Assembly: GCA_903892305.1 (NCBI GenBank)
Contig: CAITHQ010000066.1
Coordinates: 688-64,687, forward strand
Direction: 5' to 3'
Origin: an uncultured Alphaproteobacteria bacterium
GTDB lineage: Bacteria; Pseudomonadota; Alphaproteobacteria; Caulobacterales; Caulobacteraceae
Length of the DNA: 64,000 nt
The translations under genes were made by a program, and so were the position numbers. Below the pieces are notes generated by a model. The model searched no databases. It worked only from the letters and a program-made list of their open reading frames with translations, and was not told the origin of the DNA. Of the stretch, positions 26,344 to 36,449 are shown in pieces. Within the stretch, counting starts at the first letter, position 1; the number at the start of each line of letters is the position of its first letter.

Positions 26344-28233
26344 ATGAGTCATTCCCACCCCTCCGGACGGGGTGCGGCGTCATCTGGGTCCATGGAATTT
26401 TCCACGGAGTCCAAGGTTGACGCCAAGGCCATGCCAAGGGTCCTGCAAAGGATCATTGGGCGAGCCTTGCGCTATCCGGGTTTATTGGCGTTCGCCATCC
26501 TCTGTACCGTCGGCTCATCCCTGGCGAGTTTGGCTCTGCCGCGCCTGTTCGGGCGCGCGGTGGATCAGGCCCATCACCTGCTGCTCAATGCCGGGGCTGC
26601 GCCGGACGCCGCCCGCAAGGCCCTCTGGGTCAGTGCCGGCCTGATTATCGCTGCAACCCTGATCCGTGGCTTGATGACCATGCTGTCGGGCTATTTCGGC
26701 GAATATGTCAGCCAGAAGGTCGGCTATGACCTGCGCCTGGAATTTTTCAGGCAATTGCAGAGACTGCCCTTCGGGTTTCACGATCGCATTCACTCCGGTG
26801 ATCTGATTACCCGAGGCATGCTGGACCTCGAAGGTGCGCGGATGTTCGTGCAGGGAGGGCTGATGATGGTCCTATCCCTGGTCCTTTTGCTGGTGTTTGC
26901 AGGCTGGCAAATGCTGAGGACAGATTGGGTCATGGGCATGATTGGCTTGGCCTTCGTGCCCATAGCTGCTGGCACCCTAGGCCGAATGGGCTTCTTGCTG
27001 CGGGTCACCTGGCTAAAGTTCCAGGAACTTATGGCGGTCCTGACCTTGACCATGGAAGAAAACCTGCAGGGTATTCGCGTGGTCCGCGCCTTTGCTGGTA
27101 AGACCTTTGAGTTGCTGAAGTTCGACCAGGCCTCCATCGACGCCCTGACCTACTCTTTCCACCGCATCACCCTGCGCCTGCGGGCCGTGGCAGTCATGCA
27201 GGTCAGCTTCAACGCCTCTATGGCTGGGATCATCTGGTATGGCGGCCATAAGGTAGCGGCCGGGACCATGACCGTCGGGACCCTGACCTCCTATCTTGGC
27301 TATATGTCCCTGCTGCAGGGGCCCGTCCGGCAGATCGCCATGATCTTCAATGCGGCAGCCCGCGCCACCTCGTCAGGAGCCAGGGTGTTCGAAATCCTCG
27401 ACTTGGTTCCAGAAATCACCGATGCGCCCAACGCCCAGCCACTAAAACCTACCCAAGGCGTCCTGGCCTTCGAACATGTCGATTTCGCCTACGCCCCGGG
27501 GGGCAAGGCCGTTCTGTCCGACATCTGTTTTGAGGTCCGGCCAGGCAAGACCTTGGGCATTGTCGGACCGCCCGGCTCTGGCAAGTCGACCCTAGCCAAT
27601 CTGGTTCCCCGTTTCTATGACGTGACTGGCGGACGGATCACCCTGGATGGCGTCGACATCCGCAATGTGACCCTGGCCTCCCTTCGCGAATTCGTGGGTC
27701 TGGTGCAGCAGGAGGCCTTCCTGTTCGATAGCTCCATCGGTCACAATGTCGCCTATGCCGATCCCTGGGCCGAGGAAGAGCGGATCATAGAAGCCGCCAA
27801 GGTCGCCCATATTCACGACCACATAGCTGGCCTGCCCGAGACCTATGAAACCCGGATCGGCGAGCGGGGCGTAGCCCTCTCCGGCGGTCAGCGCCAGAGG
27901 ATGAGCATTGCCCGGGGGGTGGTGCCGGGTCCAGGCGTCATGATCTTTGATGACTCTACCGCTGCCATTGATGCCGTCACTGAGCGGCGGGTCCGCGACG
28001 CCCTGGCTAAGGCCACAGCAACCAAGGCCACCCTGATCATCGCCCACCGCCTGTCGTCTCTGATGCACGCCGATGAGATCATCATCCTGGACGAAGGCCG
28101 CATTATCGAGCGGGGAGATCATACGACCCTGCTGGCCAGGGGCGGGATCTATGCTGAGCTCTATGAGCTTCAGTCACGGTCTGACGCCACAGCCACCCTG
28201 GACGATGACGCTCCAGTGGGAGTTCTCGTATGA
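26344..28233 (+). CDS. ABC exporter, fused permease/ATPase (half-transporter 1)
   Basis: Six-helix TMD, Walker A GPPGSGKST, signature LSGGQRQR, Walker B VMIFDDSTA. Confidence 0.9.
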   Translation: MSHSHPSGRGAASSGSMEFSTESKVDAKAMPRVLQRIIGRALRYPGLLAFAILCTVGSSLASLALPRLFGRAVDQAHHLLLNAGAAPDAARKALWVSAGLIIAATLIRGLMTMLSGYFGEYVSQKVGYDLRLEFFRQLQRLPFGFHDRIHSGDLITRGMLDLEGARMFVQGGLMMVLSLVLLLVFAGWQMLRTDWVMGMIGLAFVPIAAGTLGRMGFLLRVTWLKFQELMAVLTLTMEENLQGIRVVRAFAGKTFELLKFDQASIDALTYSFHRITLRLRAVAVMQVSFNASMAGIIWYGGHKVAAGTMTVGTLTSYLGYMSLLQGPVRQIAMIFNAAARATSSGARVFEILDLVPEITDAPNAQPLKPTQGVLAFEHVDFAYAPGGKAVLSDICFEVRPGKTLGIVGPPGSGKSTLANLVPRFYDVTGGRITLDGVDIRNVTLASLREFVGLVQQEAFLFDSSIGHNVAYADPWAEEERIIEAAKVAHIHDHIAGLPETYETRIGERGVALSGGQRQRMSIARGVVPGPGVMIFDDSTAAIDAVTERRVRDALAKATATKATLIIAHRLSSLMHADEIIILDEGRIIERGDHTTLLARGGIYAELYELQSRSDATATLDDDAPVGVLV

Positions 28234-30077
28234 CGCAAGCTCAGAAACGCTCCACACCCCGCGCCTCCCTGGGCAGCTCAGAAGGCGACGACATCTTTGG
28301 CACCTTCGATGTGGCCATCGCCCAGAGGTTCCTTGGCTATCTGAAACCTCACCGGAAGACCCTCCTTGCCGCACAGGCAGCCGTGCTGATTTCGGCAGGT
28401 TGCGGCATCCTCATTCCCAAGCTGACGGGCGAGGCGGTCAAGCATGCGGTGAGCGGCCAGGTGGGTTCTCTTGACAAAATTCTAGTCGGGTTCGGCCTGA
28501 CGGCGGGTGCCTATGCCCTGTTCTTTTTCATCGGCGAATTTCTGTCTTCGCGGCTTGCCCAGCAGGTTATTTTCGACATCCGGCGGGCCATGTTCTCGCA
28601 CTTCCAGGATGTTTCCTTGAGCTTCATGGACAAGACCCATGTAGGTCGGATCATGGCGCGGCTTCAGGGGGATGTGAACGCCCTGCAGGAATTCCTCGAC
28701 ACCATGAATGGTGCCGTGGGCGATATGGTGACCTTGCTGGGCATCACCCTGGTTCTGCTGTCCACAGACCTCAAGCTTGGCCTTCTGACCCTGACGGTCC
28801 TACCGGCTCTGGTGGCTGTACGGGCCGTCTGGCTGCCCTATTCTAAGCGAAGTTTCCGTCATGCACGGGACGCCTCGTCCTCCACCAATTCTGCCCTGGC
28901 TGAGAACATCAACGGTATCCGTACCGTTCAGGAAACCCGGCGGGAGGCGATGAATTTCGACCTCTATCAGGTCAAGGCTCAGGAAAATTTCCGCGCCCAG
29001 AATGCGGCCTCCTGGATGACCCAGGTCATGGTCCCTACCGTGGACATTCTCACAGGTCTGGCCATAGCCGTAGTCGTGGTGGTCGGCGGGCAGGAAGTCC
29101 TCGGCGGTCGCATGGATGTGGGGGTCATGGTCACCTTCATTCTCTATGTGCAAAGGTTCTTTGAGCCGGTCCGCCTGCTGAGCATGCAATACACCATCAT
29201 GCAGAGGGCCATGGCCGCAGGGCATCGGATTTTCGAGGTGATCGACGTGCCGGTGACCATTGCCGATAAGCCAGACGCCGTCGACCTGAAGGACGCCCCT
29301 GCCACGGTGGAGTTCCGTAATGTGACCTTCGGCTATGACCCGGCTAGGCCGATCCTGCACGACATCAACCTCATCGTCCGGCCCAAGGAGGTTGTCGCCC
29401 TGGTGGGCCCCACCGGATCGGGCAAGACCTCGATCATCGCCCTAACCCACCGCTTCTATGAGGTGGATCATGGCCAAATTCTGGTGGGCGGCCATGATGT
29501 GCGCGACATCAGCCTAGACAGCCTGGGCAAGACCATCGGCATGGTCCTGCAAGAGCCCTTCCTCTTCACTGGCACCATCGAACAGAACATCCGCTACAAC
29601 ACCGACGCCAGTCGCGAGCGGATCATCGAGGCAGCCAAGGCGGTCAGCGCCCATGATTTCATCATGCGCCTGCCAGAAGGTTATGACACGCCCCTGGGGC
29701 AGCGCGGCCGCAATATCTCTATGGGCCAGCGGCAATTGATTTCCTTCGCCCGGGCCCTGGTGGCTGACCCTCAAATCCTGATCCTCGACGAGGCCACCGC
29801 CAACATCGATAGCTTTACAGAAATGGCGATTCAGAGGGCGCTCAAGGTGCTTTTCGCCGGACGCACCTGCATGGTCATCGCCCACCGACTGGCCACCATT
29901 CGCGACGCCGACCGTATTGTCGTCCTGCAGCAGGGCCGTATTCTAGAACAGGGCAGCCACGATGTGCTGATGAAGACCGGCGGGCTCTACTCCCACCTTT
30001 ACACCTCGGCCCACGCCTCTTTTGACGATCAGGTGGTCGCCGTCACTGGCGACGCCGAATTCGCCACCCGGACTTAA
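28230..30077 (+). CDS. ABC exporter, fused permease/ATPase (half-transporter 2)
   Basis: Overlaps the upstream gene by 4 nt. Walker A GPTGSGKTS, signature ISMGQRQL, Walker B ILILDEATA. Confidence 0.9.
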   Translation: MTQAQKRSTPRASLGSSEGDDIFGTFDVAIAQRFLGYLKPHRKTLLAAQAAVLISAGCGILIPKLTGEAVKHAVSGQVGSLDKILVGFGLTAGAYALFFFIGEFLSSRLAQQVIFDIRRAMFSHFQDVSLSFMDKTHVGRIMARLQGDVNALQEFLDTMNGAVGDMVTLLGITLVLLSTDLKLGLLTLTVLPALVAVRAVWLPYSKRSFRHARDASSSTNSALAENINGIRTVQETRREAMNFDLYQVKAQENFRAQNAASWMTQVMVPTVDILTGLAIAVVVVVGGQEVLGGRMDVGVMVTFILYVQRFFEPVRLLSMQYTIMQRAMAAGHRIFEVIDVPVTIADKPDAVDLKDAPATVEFRNVTFGYDPARPILHDINLIVRPKEVVALVGPTGSGKTSIIALTHRFYEVDHGQILVGGHDVRDISLDSLGKTIGMVLQEPFLFTGTIEQNIRYNTDASRERIIEAAKAVSAHDFIMRLPEGYDTPLGQRGRNISMGQRQLISFARALVADPQILILDEATANIDSFTEMAIQRALKVLFAGRTCMVIAHRLATIRDADRIVVLQQGRILEQGSHDVLMKTGGLYSHLYTSAHASFDDQVVAVTGDAEFATRT

Positions 30078-30082
30078 GGCGC

Positions 30083-30514
30083 ATGGCCGACAACCCTCGC
30101 AATGGCGTCATGCTCATCGTGCTTGGGGCCGGACTGGCTGTCATGACCCATCTGCGTCCGCAGGGGCTTAACGTTCCGCCGCTCATCATGGACGCCCTAT
30201 GCCTAGCCATTGTTTCAGCAGGCGTCGCCGTTCTGCTGGGGGCCAGCGGCCGGCCGCGATTGCGGGCCTGGGCCATGGTCGCCTGTCTGGTCACCATGAC
30301 CGCAGGACCGGCCTGGATCGCCCTGGGCCCTGGGGGGCGAACCTGCAATGCTGGAACCAGCGCGCCCCTGTCGGCCGCCGTATTGAGCGGTCGCCAAAAG
30401 GTTCAGGGCGTGGGCTGTAGAATAGCCTTCGGGTTCGGCGGTCTTATCCTGGCTGGTATGGCCGTGGCCGCGGTAGTGATGGCCGTGAGGACTAAGCCCA
30501 CCGGGACTATTTGA
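30083..30514 (+). CDS. hypothetical membrane protein trailing the ABC pair
   Basis: Starts 5 nt after the ABC stop. About four hydrophobic helices. No recognised motif. Confidence 0.5.
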   Translation: MADNPRNGVMLIVLGAGLAVMTHLRPQGLNVPPLIMDALCLAIVSAGVAVLLGASGRPRLRAWAMVACLVTMTAGPAWIALGPGGRTCNAGTSAPLSAAVLSGRQKVQGVGCRIAFGFGGLILAGMAVAAVVMAVRTKPTGTI

Positions 30515-31316
30515 ACCAGCAGAGCTGTTCGGTTGTGGCCAGCAGTTTACCGTCGCGGCTCCAGAGGGTGGCGGCCTGATCGAAGAATCCGCTCTCGAAG
30601 CGTCGGGCCGACGCCTGGGCCAGGATGAAGTCTCCGCCAATGTCCGCCAGTTCTTCTGGGGTCGCGTGGAAGTAGATGGTCATGGACACGGTGGAGACCG
30701 GACGGCGCTCGGTGATCCGGTAGAATATCCGCGGCACGAAGACATCGGCCAGGGCCGCCAACAGGGGATAGTCCAGGGGCCGGGCCTGGGCGTCACGGAT
30801 CCAAGACAAGGTCTCGGTAGATACGTCCGGCTGGAGAGGCACCTGAGTCGTCACATATCGACTCTCGAACATGGCCCCGAAGGACAGCCCAGCCCGACGT
30901 GGGGGCTCAGGCAGGCTCTCTGGCGGCGGTGCTTCCGGCGCGGAGATTTCGTGGGTGGCCAAGGTCTCCCGTCTCTGGCCCAGGGTCACCATGGCCATAG
31001 CCGCAGAGGCCCCATCCTGGATGAGTTCGGAGGTCCAGAATTCCATGGACCGGCCCTGCCGCGCGGCACGGGTGGTCAGGGTCAGAGGGTCTTCGCTCAA
31101 GCCCCCCATCAGGTTCACCGTCATGGCGACGGGGGTTCCGGCATGATCGGGCTCTGCCAGCACCGCCTTCAACAGCAGGGCCACAGTCCATCCGCCCCAG
31201 GGACCGATGGCGTTCCAGTAGCGCTTGTCGATCTGGCTGGACCATTGCCGGGATCCGGCAGGAGACAGGATCAGGCTTGAGTCAAAATCGCTCAAGGCGG
31301 CCACCGGCGCGCTCAT
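30507..31316 (-). CDS. acyl-CoA thioesterase (TesB-like double hotdog)
   Basis: About 270 aa with the two-hotdog layout typical of thioesterase II-like proteins. By-eye family call only. Confidence 0.65.
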   Translation of the reverse strand: MSAPVAALSDFDSSLILSPAGSRQWSSQIDKRYWNAIGPWGGWTVALLLKAVLAEPDHAGTPVAMTVNLMGGLSEDPLTLTTRAARQGRSMEFWTSELIQDGASAAMAMVTLGQRRETLATHEISAPEAPPPESLPEPPRRAGLSFGAMFESRYVTTQVPLQPDVSTETLSWIRDAQARPLDYPLLAALADVFVPRIFYRITERRPVSTVSMTIYFHATPEELADIGGDFILAQASARRFESGFFDQAATLWSRDGKLLATTEQLCWFK

Positions 31317-31370
31317 GAAAACCTCACTGGAAAATCAATCCTGGATCAAAAAATAGTCGCGAATACAGGC

Positions 31371-32054
31371 CTATATCGCGCCGACAAGGGAGGCGCGCTG
31401 GGAAAGTTCGATCCAGTTGCCGTCCGGGTCGCGGACCATGGAAATCCGCGCGGTTGTGCCCAAGGTGGTTGGGGCCATGGCCTCGCGGCCGCCAGCGGCC
31501 AGGACCCTGGCATGGTCCTCATCGACCTTGAAAACCTGGAAGGTAATATAGCGCCAGCCCCGGCCGGTCATGCCGGCATCTGATGGCGCATCGGGGCTCT
31601 CGTCCAGCAAGAGCAGGGTTTCACCTGCACGAAAGGCCGCGCCCGTCGAACGGGGTTCTTCGGTCAGGCCCAAGGCCTCGGTATAAAACGTCCGGTGGGC
31701 AGCAAGGCTGCGCACGGCCATGCAGATGCCGATCTGGGTGACGCCATCGTGGCCGGGCGGGACCAGGGTCACCCGGTTGCCTTCCGGATCCTGCAGGGTC
31801 CTGGGCGCAGCCAGACCCTCCCGGGCGACGACCAGCTCCCGGTAGCCACCGGGCGGGGCATCGACAATGGGGGTTTCCTGGTGATTGATTTTTAACACCG
31901 AACCCAAGGCATCGTGGCGGTGCTGGTTGTGACCCCGACGGACCTTCAGCAGGTGATCAAAGGGAATCCCCGCCTCCCCTTGCCAGAAGGCCAGCATGGG
32001 TTCGATGTCATTAGTGGCCAGGCCGATATCGACCCTTGGCTTGGCGAGCTTCAT
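31371..32054 (-). CDS. VOC (glyoxalase/bleomycin resistance/dioxygenase) family protein
   Basis: Two tandem beta-alpha-beta-beta-beta-like modules. C-terminal DPDGNWIEL is typical of VOC proteins. Confidence 0.7.
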   Translation of the reverse strand: MKLAKPRVDIGLATNDIEPMLAFWQGEAGIPFDHLLKVRRGHNQHRHDALGSVLKINHQETPIVDAPPGGYRELVVAREGLAAPRTLQDPEGNRVTLVPPGHDGVTQIGICMAVRSLAAHRTFYTEALGLTEEPRSTGAAFRAGETLLLLDESPDAPSDAGMTGRGWRYITFQVFKVDEDHARVLAAGGREAMAPTTLGTTARISMVRDPDGNWIELSQRASLVGAI

Positions 32055-32173
32055 GACTTTGACCCTTCCTGAGCCATCGGGATGTCAGACGCGCACTTGC
32101 CCCCGAACCAAGGCCATGACAAGTCGTGATCCAAACAAATGTTTAAGCCAATATGTGATCCTGGGAGGGCGCA

Positions 32174-33139
32174 ATGAAGGCAGCGGTCTATTACGAGAAC
32201 GGTGGTCCCGAAGTTCTGAAATACGAAGAGGTTCCCGACCCCCAGCTTCACCCTAAGGGCGTCATCATCAGGGTCGAGGCCATTGCCATTGAAGGTGGCG
32301 ATACCTTAAGCCGCTGGCGAGGCCAGCTGGCCACCCGACCCCACATTGTCGGCTATCAGGCGGCGGGCGAAATCATCGAGGTGGGGACCGAGGTCCACCA
32401 TCTACATGTGGGCCAGAAGGTCGCAACCCTCAACTCCATCGGCAGCCACGCCTCCCTGCGCGCCGTACCAGCCCGCAATTGCTGGGTCGTTCCCGAAGGC
32501 TATGACCTGAAGAAGGCTGCGGCCATTCCGGTGACCTTCGGCACGGCCCATGACTGCCTGTTCGAATTTGGCCGCCTGCAAAAGGGCGAGACCGTCCTAA
32601 TTCAAGCCGGCGCCAGCGGCGTCGGCGTTGCGGCCATCCAGCTGGCCAAGCGAGCTGGGGCCGGGATGATCCTCGCCACCGCCTCATCCGACGCCCGGCT
32701 GGAGCGCCTCAAGCCCCTGGGGCTGGATCACGGCATCAATTACGCCGAAAAAGACGTGGTCAAAGAGGTCATGCGCCTGACCGATAACAAGGGCGCCAAT
32801 GTGATCGTCGACTCCGTCGGCGGCCCCACCCTGCAGGGCTCGATCAACAGCCTGGCCTATCGCGGCCGGGTCTCCATGGTCGGTGCGGCCGGGCGCGAGC
32901 CCATGGTGGTAGATGTGGGCTCAATGATGGGCGGCAACCGCACTCTGTCGGGAGTGTTCCTCGGCGCTGAAATCGGCACGGATAGGGTCCATGACAATAT
33001 CCAGCAACTGATCGAAGACGCCGCCAAGGGCGAGTTGGAAGTGGTCATCGACAAGGTCTTCGCCCTGTCTGACGCCGCCGCCGCCCACGCCTATATCGAA
33101 AGCCGCGCGGCCGTGGGCCGGGTGGTCATGGTTCCTTAG
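32174..33139 (+). CDS. NADPH:quinone oxidoreductase-like medium-chain dehydrogenase/reductase
   Basis: MDR layout with cofactor loop AGASGVGVAAIQLAK. No structural zinc Cys cluster. Confidence 0.85.
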   Translation: MKAAVYYENGGPEVLKYEEVPDPQLHPKGVIIRVEAIAIEGGDTLSRWRGQLATRPHIVGYQAAGEIIEVGTEVHHLHVGQKVATLNSIGSHASLRAVPARNCWVVPEGYDLKKAAAIPVTFGTAHDCLFEFGRLQKGETVLIQAGASGVGVAAIQLAKRAGAGMILATASSDARLERLKPLGLDHGINYAEKDVVKEVMRLTDNKGANVIVDSVGGPTLQGSINSLAYRGRVSMVGAAGREPMVVDVGSMMGGNRTLSGVFLGAEIGTDRVHDNIQQLIEDAAKGELEVVIDKVFALSDAAAAHAYIESRAAVGRVVMVP

Positions 33140-33157
33140 GAACCGGAGGAGGACTTC

Positions 33158-33994
33158 ATGCCCATAGCTAAAAACGGTGCCGTCGAGATCAATTACGAGA
33201 CCTTCGGAGAGGCGGGCGCTCCGACCCTATTACTGATCAATGGCCTCGGCTCACAGATGACCCGCTGGCCTGAAGCCTTCTGCGCCCTGCTGACGGCCAA
33301 GGGCTATCGGGCCGTGCGATTCGATAACCGCGACACCGGCGAGTCCACCTGGTTCAAGCCGGGCGAAACCTATAGTCTGTCGGACATGGCCGCCGACGGC
33401 ATGGCCGTGCTGGACGCCATAGGGGTCAAGACCGCCCATGTGGTTGGGGTCTCCATGGGCGGCATGATCGCCCAGCTGACCGCCATCGAGCACCCTGACC
33501 GGGTCCTGTCCCTCACCTCGATCATGTCCGCCACCGGAGCGGCCGGGACCCTGGACCCACGGCCCGACGCCGGGGCGACCCTGACGGCCGTCCCACCGGA
33601 TCCAGCGACGCACTACGAAGCCTATCTGGACCATGCCGTCGCAAGTGCCACGACAATCAGCAGCCCCGACCATCCCTGGCCGGAAGGTGCCCTACGCGCC
33701 CGGGCCGCAGCAGAACATGCCCGGGCCTACAACCCCACAGGTGCGGCCCGGCAGATGGGCGCTATTCGCGGGGACGGCGATCGTACTGAGCGGCTAGGCA
33801 AGCTGAATATCCCGGCCATTATCCTGCATGGCGCAGATGACCCTCTGGTCCAGTTGGCCGGGGGCGAGGCCACGGCCAAGGCGATTCTAGGCTCTGAACT
33901 GAGGGTTATTCCTGGCATGGGTCATGACATGCCGCCGGCCCTCTATGATATCTTCCTAGACGCCATTCTGGCGGCAGCGACCAAGACACACTGA
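33158..33994 (+). CDS. alpha/beta hydrolase
   Basis: Nucleophile elbow GVSMGG, oxyanion LINGLG, C-terminal GMGHD. Confidence 0.85.
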   Translation: MPIAKNGAVEINYETFGEAGAPTLLLINGLGSQMTRWPEAFCALLTAKGYRAVRFDNRDTGESTWFKPGETYSLSDMAADGMAVLDAIGVKTAHVVGVSMGGMIAQLTAIEHPDRVLSLTSIMSATGAAGTLDPRPDAGATLTAVPPDPATHYEAYLDHAVASATTISSPDHPWPEGALRARAAAEHARAYNPTGAARQMGAIRGDGDRTERLGKLNIPAIILHGADDPLVQLAGGEATAKAILGSELRVIPGMGHDMPPALYDIFLDAILAAATKTH

Positions 33995-34019
33995 TCTAGC
34001 GACAAGAAGGAAATCGGAT

Positions 34020-34805
34020 ATGGGACGTCTCTCCGGCAAGACCGTTGTGATCACCGGCGCGGGCTCGGGCATTGGCCGGGCCAGCTCTCTGCTTTTCGCC
34101 AGCGAAGGCGCAAGCCTGATGATCGCCGACAAATTCGAGACCGTGGATGAAACCGCTCAGATGGTTCGAGACGCCGGCGGCGTGGCAAAATCCATGGTCG
34201 GCGACGCCGGGGATGAGGCCTTTGTGGAGAGCCTGCTGGCCGCTGCAGTAACAGAATATGGCGGGCTGGACGCCGTCTGGGCAAATGCCGGTATTTCCGG
34301 CGGCTGGACGCCGTTTGAGGACCAGGACGCCGCCTTCTGGGCCGAAGTTCTGCGGGTCAATCTGATCGGCCCCTTCCTGGCCATCAAGCACGCCACCAAG
34401 ATCATGGTTCCCAAGGGCAAGGGCTCGATCATCTGCACGGCCTCGGTGGCGGGCATCCGCTCCGGCGCCGGCGGTTCGCCCTATTCGGCGTCAAAGGCCG
34501 GGGTGATCAACCTGGCCCAGACCTCGGCCAATGAGTTTTACGGCACCGGCGTGCGGGTCAACTGCATCTGCCCCGGCCTGATCGAGACCGGCATGACCAA
34601 GCCGATCTTTGACGGCGCCCGGGCCCGGGGCAATGAGGACCGGATCGGCCAGCTGAACCCCATGGCCCGCTATGGCGTACCTTCGGAAATCGCCCACGCC
34701 GGCCTGTGGCTGGCCTCGGATGACAGCTCCTATGTGAACGGTCAGGCCATTGTGGTGGATGGCGGCCTCTCCAGCTCCCACCCCGTGGTGCGCCGCAAGA
34801 AGTGA
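34020..34805 (+). CDS. classical SDR family oxidoreductase
   Basis: TGAGSGIGRA cofactor motif and canonical catalytic SVAG ... YSASK. Confidence 0.9.
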   Translation: MGRLSGKTVVITGAGSGIGRASSLLFASEGASLMIADKFETVDETAQMVRDAGGVAKSMVGDAGDEAFVESLLAAAVTEYGGLDAVWANAGISGGWTPFEDQDAAFWAEVLRVNLIGPFLAIKHATKIMVPKGKGSIICTASVAGIRSGAGGSPYSASKAGVINLAQTSANEFYGTGVRVNCICPGLIETGMTKPIFDGARARGNEDRIGQLNPMARYGVPSEIAHAGLWLASDDSSYVNGQAIVVDGGLSSSHPVVRRKK

Positions 34806-35377
34806 TCTATCTGCTGAGACACGGGCAGACGGCTTTCAACCTTGAGGGTCGGTTCCAGGGACACCTGGATTCGCCCCTGACCGACTTGGGCGTAGCTCAG
34901 GCCAACGCCATGGGCAAACGCTTGGCCGGCCTGATCCTAGACCCCAAGGACTGGCGCATCATCGTCAGTCCCCTGGGTCGCGCCCAGGCCACGGCAAGGA
35001 TTGTGGCTGACACCTTAAGTGTCGCGGAGATCGAGACCGACCCTCGGCTGATAGAAATCACGGTGGGCCAATGGGATGGCCGCCTGCGGGCCGAGGTCGA
35101 ACAGGAGGCTGGACCAAGCTTTACCGCGTCAGGCTGGGATTTCAGATCTCCGGACGGCGAGAGCTTTGACTCCACAGCAGCCCGCACCCGTGACTGGCTA
35201 GAGAGCCTGCCGCCGGAGTCTGAACGCCGGATCATCGCTGTCTCCCACGGCGTCACCACCCGGGTGCTGCGCGGTGTCTATGCCGGACTGAGCCGGGAAG
35301 AAACCTTGGCCCAGGCCGTGCCCCAGGACGCCTTGTTTCGTCTCGAAGACGGACAGATCACCCGCATCGAGGCTTAG
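34802..35377 (+). CDS. histidine phosphatase (phosphoglycerate mutase-like) family protein
   Basis: RHGQT catalytic motif at the N-terminus and SHG later. GTG start overlaps the SDR stop by 4 nt. Confidence 0.85.
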   Translation: MIYLLRHGQTAFNLEGRFQGHLDSPLTDLGVAQANAMGKRLAGLILDPKDWRIIVSPLGRAQATARIVADTLSVAEIETDPRLIEITVGQWDGRLRAEVEQEAGPSFTASGWDFRSPDGESFDSTAARTRDWLESLPPESERRIIAVSHGVTTRVLRGVYAGLSREETLAQAVPQDALFRLEDGQITRIEA

Positions 35378-35550
35378 CGACGATCGGTCGCCCGTAGAAC
35401 CGCCAGAACTCCCAGGGTCAAGGCGACCCCTAGGCTGAAGGCCGCAGCCACAGCTCCGCCGAGGGCCACCGGCGCTGGCGGGCGTTCCTGCCAGTGCACG
35501 ACAGGCTCATCGGGCGGGTCTTTCAGAACATCGATGTCGATCTTGGGCAT
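35374..35550 (-). CDS. possible small membrane-anchored protein (58 aa), below the ORF-track cutoff
   Basis: Hand translation: MPKIDIDVLKDPPDEPVVHWQERPPAPVALGGAVAAAFSLGVALTLGVLAVLRATDRR. GGGAGA lies 7 nt upstream of the ATG. One C-terminal TM helix. Its stop overlaps the convergent stop at 35375-35377. Confidence 0.4.
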   Translation of the reverse strand: MPKIDIDVLKDPPDEPVVHWQERPPAPVALGGAVAAAFSLGVALTLGVLAVLRATDRR

Positions 35551-35571
35551 AGGGGTCTCCCGGCTTGACGG

Positions 35572-35584
35572 GTGATCAGATCAC
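35572..35584. promoter_or_regulatory. perfect palindrome GTGATC-A-GATCAC in the divergent promoter region upstream of the YebC-family gene
   Basis: Read directly from the sequence. A TTGACG hexamer sits immediately upstream (35565-35570). Confidence 0.3.
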
Positions 35585-35609
35585 GGATCAGGGCGCGCTT
35601 CCTTGATCT

Positions 35610-35643
35610 GGAACACCTAACCCTCGCCAACGTCTGGTGTTCC
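35610..35643. promoter_or_regulatory. inverted repeat GGAACACC-N18-GGTGTTCC upstream of the YebC-family gene
   Basis: Perfect 8-bp arms at 35610-35617 and 35636-35643, 54 nt upstream of the ATG at 35697. Confidence 0.3.
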
Positions 35644-35696
35644 GTGCCTCCGAAGGCTAAAAGCGCTGTCCACCACAAACGCCTGATCGAGATTCC

Positions 35697-36443
35697 ATGG
35701 CCGGCCATTCAAAGTTCAAGAATATCATGCACCGCAAGGGCCGCGCCGACGCGGTCCGGTCCAAGCTGTTCTCCAAGCTGTCGCGCGAAATCACCGTGGC
35801 CGCAAAGTCGGGCATGCCTGACCCCAACATGAACGCTCGCCTGCGTCTGGCCGTCGCCAATGCCAAGGCCGAGTCCATGCCCAAGGACAATATCGACCGG
35901 GCCATCAAGAAGGCCACCGGCGGCGATGGCGAGACCTATGACGAAATCCGCTATGAGGGCTTTGGCCCTGGCGGCACCGGCGTCATTGTCGAAGTCCTGA
36001 CCGATAACCGAAACCGTGCGGCGGCCAATGTCCGCTCCATCTTCGCCAAGAACGGCGGCAATCTGGGGGAAACCGGTTCGGTGTCCTTCATGTTCGACCG
36101 GCTGGGCCAGATCACCTATCCGGCTTCCGTCGGCACCGAAGACTCCGTCATGGAGGCCGCCATCGAGGCCGGAGCCGAGGATGTTGAGTCCGACGAAGAT
36201 GGCCACACGGTCTACACCGCCTTCGACGCCCTATCGGAAGTCTCCCAGGCATTGGAAGCTAGCCTAGGCGTCGCCAAGTCTACCCATATCATCTGGCGGC
36301 CCAAGTCACTTGTGCCCGTCGAGGGCGACACCGTTGCCACCATGATGAAGATGATCGACGCCCTGGAAGACGATGACGACGTCCAGAACGTTTATGGCAA
36401 TTACGAAATTTCCGACGCCGATATGGACAAGTACGGCGGATAG
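35697..36443 (+). CDS. YebC/PmpR family DNA-binding transcriptional regulator
   Basis: N-terminus [15 protein letters not shown] ... and a 248-aa length are diagnostic of this family. Confidence 0.95.
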   Translation: MAGHSKFKNIMHRKGRADAVRSKLFSKLSREITVAAKSGMPDPNMNARLRLAVANAKAESMPKDNIDRAIKKATGGDGETYDEIRYEGFGPGGTGVIVEVLTDNRNRAAANVRSIFAKNGGNLGETGSVSFMFDRLGQITYPASVGTEDSVMEAAIEAGAEDVESDEDGHTVYTAFDALSEVSQALEASLGVAKSTHIIWRPKSLVPVEGDTVATMMKMIDALEDDDDVQNVYGNYEISDADMDKYGG

Positions 36444-36449
36444 ATCGGG

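Noticed and set aside
26344-30077. The ABC exporter pair considered as a bacteriocin or peptide secretion system.
   Set aside because: There is no C39 peptidase domain, no adjacent precursor peptide and no membrane-fusion or outer-membrane partner. It looks like an ordinary heterodimeric MdlAB/efflux-type exporter.
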